From Thermoanaerobaculia bacterium (GTDB lineage: Bacteria > Acidobacteriota > Thermoanaerobaculia > Multivoradales > UBA5704): 64,000 nt of DNA. Shown one piece after another: positions 1 through 6,590 of this stretch. The notes under the pieces are model-generated. The model saw nothing but the letters and a program-made list of their open reading frames with translations. It made no database searches and had not been told where the DNA came from. The DNA lies in contig DASPXX010000345.1 in NCBI GenBank assembly GCA_035637095.1, forward strand, positions 1,660-65,659, in the 5' to 3' direction. Numbering within the stretch: the stretch's first letter is position 1; every line of letters starts with the position of its first letter. The position numbers and the translations under genes were made by a program.

Positions 1-1390
1 GGATCTGCGGGTCTTCCTCGCCCATGGCCAGCAGGGAGTGGCAGGTCGAGCAGTCCTGCGAGATCTTCCGCCCGTCCGGTGCCGCATGCTCTTCGTCGTG
101 GCACCGGAAGCAGCCTGGGGAGCTCTCATGGCCGATATGGTTCGGATAGGTCCCCCACCCGATCTTCATCGACGGGAAGACATTGGCGCGATAGGCCGAC
201 GAGAGCGCCGCCGCTGCGTTGCCGATCGCGGCAGACTTCTGCATGGCGACCTGCGGATATTGCTTGGCGTAGAAAGCCCGCAGCCCGTCCGCGATCTCGC
301 GGTCCGCCGCGGCGTGCGACGGATACGCGGCCTTGAGCAGCCGCACCCCTTCGCGGTGAACGAACGGCAGGGCGCGATCGATGCGTCCGGCGGCGATCGC
401 CGCGTCGACCTCCTTCTCGGGAGGCTGGAAGGTATGGCTCGGCCGGTTGTGGCAATCGACGCAATCCATGGTCCGCCACACCGCGCCCGCCGCCGGCTTC
501 TGCGCTTTGCTCGTGAACCGCGTCACCTTGCCGTCGGGCGTCCGCATCTCGACCTGATAGATCGTCTCGCGGGACTCGTCCGACAGATAGCGGATGGCGA
601 CGCCCGGGTCGACGTGCCAGTGGATCCCCTGCGAGGCGCTCCCCTGCCGTCCGCCGACCCGCACCAGGAGGACCGTCTTGGCCGGGGTATTGGCCTCGTC
701 GTCGTTGAACCCGTCGATCACCTTGAGGCGGTCGCCCACGAACTTCGACGGCCAGTGGCACTGCTGGCAGGTCTCGCGGGCCGGCCGCAGGCTGTGCACC
801 GGCGTCGGGATCGGGCGCGGATAGAGATCGAAGGTCACCGCGATCACCTGCCAGGTGCCCGAGAGCTTGGACTTGACGAACCAGCCGGCGCCCGGACCGA
901 TGTGACAGTCGACGCAGGCGACGCTGGCGTGCGCGCCCCGCGCGTGGGCGGTGTCCTCGGGCTGCATGACGCTGTGGCAGGTCTTACCGCAGAACGTGGT
1001 CGAATCCATCGTCTCGACCCCTTTGTAGGTGGCTGCCGAGAGGATGACCGCGTTGACCAGGGTCAGGATGACGAAGGCAAGAGCACGCCTGCGCGTCCGG
1101 CGGTCATTCAAGTCGAGGACGGGGAAGGCCGGCGGAGCTTCGCCGCGCAGCTCCGCCCTGCGGTCCCGGCGCCGCTGCCAGGCGATCCCGATCGGGATCA
1201 GGAGGAGGCCCAGGATGAAGATCGCCGGGAGGATCAGGAAGGCGATGATCCCGAGGTAGGGGCTCCCCTTGAACCCCAACAGGTCCAGCAGGAAGAGCGT
1301 GACGATCAGAAAGCCCGACGCGGTCACGATCGCGGCGCCGAGCAGGCTCACCGCATTCCGGGTGAGGGCGATGAAGAAGCTCCTCCACAT
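1..1390 (-). CDS. Membrane-anchored multihaem c-type cytochrome with NapC/NirT-like N-terminal part (3' end runs off the window start)
   Basis: Absent from the ORF track because there is no stop codon in the window. Hand translation from ATG (complement of 1388-1390): MWRSFFIALTRNAVSLLGAAIVTASGFLIVTLFLLDLLGFKGSPYLGIIAFLILPAIFILGLLLIPIGIAWQRRR... That gives two hydrophobic helices followed by six CxxCH motifs (CGKTCH, CVDCH, CQQCH, CVDCH, CFRCH, CSTCH). The stretch TTFCGKTCHSVM...ACVDCH resembles NapC/NirT/CymA. Confidence 0.8.
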   Translation of the reverse strand, partial: MWRSFFIALTRNAVSLLGAAIVTASGFLIVTLFLLDLLGFKGSPYLGIIAFLILPAIFILGLLLIPIGIAWQRRRDRRAELRGEAPPAFPVLDLNDRRTRRRALAFVILTLVNAVILSAATYKGVETMDSTTFCGKTCHSVMQPEDTAHARGAHASVACVDCHIGPGAGWFVKSKLSGTWQVIAVTFDLYPRPIPTPVHSLRPARETCQQCHWPSKFVGDRLKVIDGFNDDEANTPAKTVLLVRVGGRQGSASQGIHWHVDPGVAIRYLSDESRETIYQVEMRTPDGKVTRFTSKAQKPAAGAVWRTMDCVDCHNRPSHTFQPPEKEVDAAIAAGRIDRALPFVHREGVRLLKAAYPSHAAADREIADGLRAFYAKQYPQVAMQKSAAIGNAAAALSSAYRANVFPSMKIGWGTYPNHIGHESSPGCFRCHDEEHAAPDGRKISQDCSTCHSLLAMGEEDPQI

Positions 1391-1472
1391 GGCAGACCTC
1401 CGTCTCCTCACGCAAAGAGAGCCGTCCCCCGGGTTGGCGAGGCGGGTGGACGGCTCTTGCGAGAAAGGGCAA

Positions 1473-1823
1473 CTACTTCTTCTGCTTCTGGATCCAGGCG
1501 ATCAGGGCGCCGAGCTCCTCATCGCTGCCGGTGAACTGCTTCATGTGCTTCTTGCCGTTGATGTCGGCAGTCTTGCGCAGATAGCTGTTCAACTCCTTGG
1601 CATCCGCCTTGATGTTCACCAGGTCAGGCGCCTTCGACGACTTCATGGTCGGCGTGATGCCCTCGGTGGAGACTGAGTGGCACGTATTGCACTTCTGGGC
1701 GAGGAAGATCTGTTTGCCGTCCAGAACCTTCGCGGCCTGGGCCTTGGCCGCGGGGCCGGAGTAGAAGGCGGCCAGCAGGAAGACGGTTGCGAGGACTGAC
1801 AGGGTAAAGCCGAACGTTTTCAT
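1473..1823 (-). CDS. Monohaem class I cytochrome c, secreted (MtoD-like position)
   Basis: Signal peptide MKTFGFTLSVLATVFLLAAF. There is a single CNTCH haem motif and a downstream Met region (ITPTMK). The 116-aa size fits a class I cytochrome c. Confidence 0.85.
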   Translation of the reverse strand: MKTFGFTLSVLATVFLLAAFYSGPAAKAQAAKVLDGKQIFLAQKCNTCHSVSTEGITPTMKSSKAPDLVNIKADAKELNSYLRKTADINGKKHMKQFTGSDEELGALIAWIQKQKK

Positions 1824-2247
1824 GGCTGCTCTCCTTTTTCAGGTTCGGTTTCCTCGGCGCGCATCTGAACACGCCCACTCCGGAGCAAGGAACGCCCCGA
1901 CAGGTGGTTTTTCCAGACTACCCTAAAGGATAGCGGCGGCCAACCCACCCTCCCCCCACCTGAAAGGGTGGGCCTGCCCCACCCTGCGGGAGTGGAGGCG
2001 TCCCCACCCCGCAGGGGGTCGCCGGCATCGACCCAGTAGTTGAGACTGTCCTGGATAAATCAGCGCAGGCCCGGCACGGGTGCCTACCCCGGAGGGTGGG
2101 CAGGCAACCACCCGTCCGGAATGGGAAGACCGTCCGAGCGGCCGTGTCCAGATTCAAGACGCCCTTCCTAAACTACGCGCAGGTTCACAACCCGGCTATC
2201 AGCTCTCCACTTGGAGAAAGCCGACAGAGACGGGAGGAGAGATCCAA

Positions 2248-3201
2248 ATGAGGTCCCACCGACTCCTACTTCTACTTCCGCTCTGCGCGTTGGCGGTCCT
2301 GGCCCTCACGGGCTTCGGATTCGCCACACCGCAAGAGCACCCCTCGGAACCGGCGGCCGCCCCGCCGGCCACACCGCAGGGCTACGCAGGGAGCGACACC
2401 TGCGTTACCTGCCACAGCGACATCGGCGACCATCTGGCGACGACGCCTCACGGTAAAGAGGTCTTCGCAAGCAAGGCGTCGCAAGGATGTGAGAGCTGCC
2501 ACGGGCCGGGAGCGGCGCACGCCGAAAACCCGGACGACCCGGCGCTGCGGCCGAGCATCACGAAACTGAGCAAGAAGCAACAGTCCGCCATATGTCTGAG
2601 CTGCCACGACGGAAGGCAGCAGTTCTTCTGGCACGGTGGCACGCACGAGAAGCGCGGCGTCGCGTGCACCGACTGCCACAGCATCCACGCCTTCAAGTCC
2701 GAGGACAACCAGCTCAAAGCCAAGAACACGACCGAGGCCTGCCTGACCTGCCACAAGGACGTACGGGCCGAGATGTGGAAGTCGTCGCACCATCCTATCC
2801 GCGAGGGCGAGATGAGCTGCTCCGATTGCCACAACCCGCATGGCAGCCAGACGCCGAAGATGATCAAGGCGGTGTCGGTCAACGAGCAGTGCTACACCTG
2901 CCACACCGAGAAGCGCGGTCCGTTCCTCTGGGAGCACCCGCCGGTGCGCGAGAACTGCCTCAACTGCCACGTGCCGCACGGCTCGAACCACATCAAGCTG
3001 CAGAAGACTTCGGTCCCGTTCCTCTGCCAGCAGTGCCATTCCAACACCCGTCACCCCGGTACGCTCTATGACGGTCTGCGCGTGCCCACGCTCGAGGATC
3101 CTTCGCTGAGCAGCAACCGGCTGTTCAACCGTGCGTGCGCCGACTGCCACAACCTGGTCCACGGCAGCAACGATCCGTCGGCCCCGTATCTGGGTCATTA
3201 G
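2248..3201 (+). CDS. Periplasmic decahaem cytochrome c, MtrA/DmsE/PioA/MtoA family
   Basis: ORF 2080..3201 trimmed to ATG 2248, which has a GGGAGGAGA SD upstream and the signal peptide MRSHRLLLLLPLCALAVLAL. Ten CxxCH motifs are present: CVTCH, CESCH, CLSCH, CTDCH, CLTCH, CSDCH, CYTCH, CLNCH, CQQCH, CADCH. Confidence 0.9.
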   Translation: MRSHRLLLLLPLCALAVLALTGFGFATPQEHPSEPAAAPPATPQGYAGSDTCVTCHSDIGDHLATTPHGKEVFASKASQGCESCHGPGAAHAENPDDPALRPSITKLSKKQQSAICLSCHDGRQQFFWHGGTHEKRGVACTDCHSIHAFKSEDNQLKAKNTTEACLTCHKDVRAEMWKSSHHPIREGEMSCSDCHNPHGSQTPKMIKAVSVNEQCYTCHTEKRGPFLWEHPPVRENCLNCHVPHGSNHIKLQKTSVPFLCQQCHSNTRHPGTLYDGLRVPTLEDPSLSSNRLFNRACADCHNLVHGSNDPSAPYLGH

Positions 3202-3210
3202 GAGGACGCC

Positions 3211-5505
3211 ATGCGCATCACTCGAATCACCGCCCTGGCTGCCGGAGCGATCCTCTGGGCGAGCCTGGCGCCGCTTGCGGCCCAGGAGGCGGCACAAGGT
3301 GAGGCGAAGGGGTTCTCCTTCACGGTCGACCCCCTGGTCCTCGGTTACGAAAGCGTCAGCAACGACACCGACTCGGCCAAGTTCGTCGAGTACCGCGACT
3401 TCGACGACGGCCCCCTCGGCTTCCTGAGAGTCACCGGCGCGAGCGGTGACGGCGAGCGGTACCTCGACCTCAATGGCACGCGGATCGGCCGCGAGGACGG
3501 CCGCTACACCTTCGGGTACGGCGCGGTCGGCCGCTACAGCCTCCTCGTCGACTACAACCTGATCGTCCACCGCTTCGGCAACAACGGCCACATGCTGTTC
3601 ACCCGCACCGGCGACGGCCGCTACGAGATCCCGGACGCCACGCAGCTGGCGCTCCAGAACGCGATCACGGCCAACCAGAGCCGGCTCACCTTCCCATTCC
3701 TCCGCAACCTGCTCGCTCCGTACCTGGCCACCGCCAACGAGGTGGACCCGAGGCTGCAGCGCAAGCGGCTTCTCGTCCGTGCCGATCTCGGCCGGATGGC
3801 CGCGTTCGACTGGGGCCTCGAGCTCTTCCAGGAGAAGCGGGACGGTACCCGGCCGTTCGGCGCCACCTTCGGCTTCAACAATGTCACCGAGCTCCCGGAG
3901 CCGATCAACTACACGACCCGTGACGCCGAGCTCTCCGGCGAGTGGAACGGCGACAGAGGCGGCCTGCGCTTCGGCTACCGTATGTCCAACTTCAAGAACG
4001 ACACTCCCACGTTGATCTGGGACAACCCGTTCCGGTTCACCAGCTCGACCGACCCTGGGGCCTACTCGGCGCCCACCACCTCCTCGGTGAACGGCTCGGC
4101 TCTCGGCATCGCCGACCTGCCGCCGGACAACAAGGCGAGCCAGCTCTTCGTGAGCGGGCGCACCCGCTTCGGCTCGTCGTGGTTCGTCAACGGCAGCGCG
4201 GCCTACATAGAGATGAAGCAGGACGATCCGCTGCTCCCCTACACCCTGAACAACTCGATCGTGGGGATCGCCTCCAACGGCTCGACCTTCGATCCGACGA
4301 ACCCGGCGAACCTGCCGGCGCGCAACGCCGACAACAAGGTCGACGTGACGAACTTCACGGCGCAGGCGGGCAGGGATCTGGGCGACAATCTGGATCTGAC
4401 GTTCCGCTACCGCTACTACGACTACGACAACAAGTCGAAGCGCATCGAGTTCCCCGGCTACGTCCGCTTCCACGCGGTTTGGGAACCCATCGCGCGCATC
4501 TCGGTGCCGTATGCCTACACGCGGCAGGACGCCAGCGCCGAGCTCGGTTGGGACATCGGCACCAGGAGCCGTCTCGCCTTCTCCTACGGCCTCCAGCTCT
4601 GGGACCGCGAGTTCCGTGAGGTGGAGAGCTCGGACGAGAACATCCTGCGGGCGTCCTTCGACACCCGGCCGCTGGACCGGCTGACCCTGCGGGCGCGCTA
4701 CGAGCATGGCGACCGCTCGATCGACGGCTATGACGTCGATGCGGCCGAGGCCACCTTCGTCGAGCCCGAGGCTTCGACCAACATCCCCACGCTGCGCCGC
4801 TATGACGAGGCAGCGCGCACCTACGACGAGTACAACACGCAGGCGCAGTGGTTCGCCAGCGACACGTGGAACTTCACCTTCGGCGTGACCGGACGCTCCG
4901 AGGACTACGACAAGAGCCAGTTCGGTCTGATCTCCGACGAGATCTATCAGTACAACGCCGAGGCGGCCTTCGTGCCGAGCGATGCGCTGACCTTCTACCT
5001 CTTCGGGCAGTGGGCGGACCGCACGAGCTTCCAGAAGGCCCGGCAGTCCGGCGCGACGCCCTCGACCAATCCGCTCGACAACTGGCAGGTGAAGTTCGAC
5101 GAGAGCACGGCGACGTTGGGCCTCGGCCTGACCACCACCTTCGCCGAGCGCTGGACGGCCGACCTTTCGGTGCAGCGGTCCGACTCGAACGGCAACGCCG
5201 ACTTCACCGCCTTCCGGGGCGGCCTGCCGCTGGCGTCGCCGGGTCCCGGCCTGCCGGCCCGGACCGCGGCCCAGGACTTCGCGAACTATGAGGACACCGA
5301 GCTGACCGCGGCCCTGGCCAAGCTGGAGTACAAGATCAACAAGCAGTTCTCGCTCGGCCTGTCCTACCTCTGGGAGGACTACACCATCGACAGCTTCATC
5401 CTGCAGGACCTCCAGAACTACCTGCCGGGTGCGCTCCTCCTCGACGCCAACAACGGCGACTACACGGGCAAGGTGTTCACGTTCGACGTGGGCATGCGCT
5501 TCTGA
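3211..5505 (+). CDS. Outer-membrane beta-barrel porin, MtrB/PioB family (decahaem-associated)
   Basis: Starts 10 nt after the decahaem gene. It has a signal peptide (...SLAPLAAQEA). The 764-aa protein is Gly/Tyr/Asp/Asn/Thr-rich with an alternating-strand pattern and ends ...FDVGMRF (terminal Phe). The family call rests on synteny plus composition. Confidence 0.8.
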   Translation: MRITRITALAAGAILWASLAPLAAQEAAQGEAKGFSFTVDPLVLGYESVSNDTDSAKFVEYRDFDDGPLGFLRVTGASGDGERYLDLNGTRIGREDGRYTFGYGAVGRYSLLVDYNLIVHRFGNNGHMLFTRTGDGRYEIPDATQLALQNAITANQSRLTFPFLRNLLAPYLATANEVDPRLQRKRLLVRADLGRMAAFDWGLELFQEKRDGTRPFGATFGFNNVTELPEPINYTTRDAELSGEWNGDRGGLRFGYRMSNFKNDTPTLIWDNPFRFTSSTDPGAYSAPTTSSVNGSALGIADLPPDNKASQLFVSGRTRFGSSWFVNGSAAYIEMKQDDPLLPYTLNNSIVGIASNGSTFDPTNPANLPARNADNKVDVTNFTAQAGRDLGDNLDLTFRYRYYDYDNKSKRIEFPGYVRFHAVWEPIARISVPYAYTRQDASAELGWDIGTRSRLAFSYGLQLWDREFREVESSDENILRASFDTRPLDRLTLRARYEHGDRSIDGYDVDAAEATFVEPEASTNIPTLRRYDEAARTYDEYNTQAQWFASDTWNFTFGVTGRSEDYDKSQFGLISDEIYQYNAEAAFVPSDALTFYLFGQWADRTSFQKARQSGATPSTNPLDNWQVKFDESTATLGLGLTTTFAERWTADLSVQRSDSNGNADFTAFRGGLPLASPGPGLPARTAAQDFANYEDTELTAALAKLEYKINKQFSLGLSYLWEDYTIDSFILQDLQNYLPGALLLDANNGDYTGKVFTFDVGMRF

Positions 5506-5563
5506 GCCCGCTCCCACCGCGGCGCTCCTCCGGGGCGCCGTGGATTGTTCGATAGGTAGTTGA

Positions 5564-5591
5564 GCCGCCCCGGTGACGGGGCGGCTTTTTT
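5564..5591 (+). terminator. Rho-independent terminator after the porin gene
   Basis: Stem GCCGCCCCG, loop gtga, stem CGGGGCGGC, followed by TTTTTT. Confidence 0.7.
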
Positions 5592-5629
5592 GTCAGGGCG
5601 TCGCTATCCTCTTGCGACGATCTACCCCG

Positions 5630-5646
5630 TCATGATATCGTCATGA
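5630..5646 (+). promoter_or_regulatory. Putative TA-module operator: two palindromic TCATGA hexamers 11 bp apart
   Basis: TCATGAtatcgTCATGA ends 5 nt before the antitoxin ATG at 5651. Confidence 0.35.
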
Positions 5647-5650
5647 TGTT

Positions 5651-5893
5651 ATGCGCAGGAAGTTCAGCACTCTTCTCGACGAAAGCCTGTACGACCGCAC
5701 ACGCTACGAGGCCAGCCGCCAAGGCAGGCAAATCGCCGACGTGGTGTGCGACGCTCTCGCTGAGTACCTCGACAGCAAGGCCGCCGTCCGCCGGCCGGGA
5801 GGAGTTGTGGCAGAGACCTGGGGGAGTCTCGCGTTGCCGCCATGCCAGGTCCGGGAGTTGCTCGCCGAAGAGGACGGCCTTTTTGACAGCTGA
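5651..5893 (+). CDS. Ribbon-helix-helix (CopG/VapB-like) antitoxin
   Basis: MRRKFSTLLDESLYDRTRYEASRQGRQIADVVCDALAEYL fits a strand-helix-helix pattern. It lies directly upstream of a PIN-domain remnant. Confidence 0.55.
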   Translation: MRRKFSTLLDESLYDRTRYEASRQGRQIADVVCDALAEYLDSKAAVRRPGGVVAETWGSLALPPCQVRELLAEEDGLFDS

Positions 5894-5906
5894 GGGGGCA
5901 AAGCGG

Positions 5907-6163
5907 TTGTCGGAGGTTCCCTCTGGAACCAGGGTCTTCATCGACGCCACCATCTTTCTCTACCACTTCACAGGCGTTTCGCGCTGCTCACGACCGCCGC
6001 TCCTCTGCGCACCAGGTATGGGTTGCTGACGAACGACTCGATCCTCCTCGCCACCGCGCTCGAACACAGCACCGTGGCATTTGCCTCGGCCGACCGCGAC
6101 TTCGAACGGATTGACACCGTCCAGTTGTTCGGGCCAGAAGATCTCGAAGAGGCCGGGTTGTAG
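5907..6163 (+). pseudogene. VapC (PIN-domain) toxin remnant: internal deletion plus frameshift
   Basis: N-terminal PIN signature from TTG 5907 (LSEVPSGTRVFIDATIFLYHF) hits a stop at 6027-6029. The PIN C-terminus (YGLLTNDSILLATALEHSTVAFASADRDFERIDTVQLF...) continues in another frame to the stop at 6161-6163. Together they give about 85 aa against about 130 expected. Confidence 0.55.
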
Positions 6164-6246
6164 CCCCGCGTTTTCCGTATCGCCTCCAGGACATCGCCGG
6201 GAACGCCATCTCGCTGGCCGCGAGTGCAACGGCGTCGGTCCGTTCC

Positions 6247-6325
6247 CCCAGACAAAACGCGAAGACGAAGGACGCTTCCAGGCTCGCGGCCTATCCGTAC
6301 CATGGAGCTGTCGGGCGCCGACACC
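6247..6325 (+). promoter_or_regulatory. Conserved block upstream of precursor A1 (paralogous to 15317..15396); candidate promoter region
   Basis: CCCAGACAAAACGCGAAGACG...ATCCGTACCATGGAGCT...GCGCCGACACC is shared by both precursor loci. I could not assign confident -35/-10 elements. Confidence 0.35.
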
Positions 6326-6376
6326 GTTAAACCCGATGGCTGCTGAGGCGGTCATCAACCCTGCAAGGAGAAGAAA

Positions 6377-6520
6377 ATGGAAAACGTTCTCGCCCTCCAG
6401 AGCCTGACGTCCGTCGCCGACCCTCTCGACGACGAGATGTGCTGGTCCACCTGTAGCTCGAGCGGCTGCAGCTCCTCGTCGGTGTTCGTGCCGGACGCCG
6501 GCTGCGTCGACAACGGGTAA
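6377..6520 (+). CDS. Class III lanthipeptide precursor A1 (47 aa)
   Basis: Not in the ORF track. AAGGAG SD precedes the ATG. Product: MENVLALQSLTSVADPLDDEMCWSTCSSSGCSSSSVFVPDAGCVDNG. The leader has a VLALQ box. The core has S-x2-S-x3-C (S24..S27..C31), 10 Ser/Thr and 4 Cys. It lies 70 nt upstream of the LanKC gene. Confidence 0.8.
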   Translation: MENVLALQSLTSVADPLDDEMCWSTCSSSGCSSSSVFVPDAGCVDNG

Positions 6521-6530
6521 TCGCTTTGCC

Positions 6531-6560
6531 AGGAGAGCGGCGTGCGTTTGCCGCTCTCCT
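6531..6560 (+). terminator. Stem-loop after precursor A1 (putative leaky terminator or attenuator)
   Basis: AGGAGAGCGGC, loop gtgcgttt, GCCGCTCTCCT. The same stem with a different loop follows A2. The T-tract is weak (GCTCTTTCC). Confidence 0.4.
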
Positions 6561-6590
6561 GCTCTTTCCCCTGGAGGCAGCGAGCGCATC

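Noticed and set aside
1824-2247. CCACCC/GGGTGG-rich hairpins in the divergent cytochrome promoter region, considered as a regulatory array.
   Set aside because: These are only short imperfect palindromes without clear periodicity or a second copy. The evidence is insufficient to call a feature.
2272-5517. 1081-aa minus-strand ORF opposite the decahaem and porin genes. Similar giant ORFs: 38..1534 +, 10331..13255 -, 15565..17235 -, 16989..18650 -, 20056..22170 -, 31305..33578 -, 39716..41896 -, 53741..55345 -, 56358..59369 -.
   Set aside because: Their Arg/Gly/Pro/Ala/Glu-dominated, low-complexity composition is typical of shadow frames in about 70% GC DNA. Each lies antisense to, or out of frame with, a gene that has clear catalytic motifs. 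None has a recognisable domain.
6081-6407. 108-aa ORF overlapping the start of precursor A1, and the N-terminal extension of ORF 15350..15568.
   Set aside because: They are in a different frame or have no SD. The SD-preceded 47-aa frames conserved at both loci are the credible genes.
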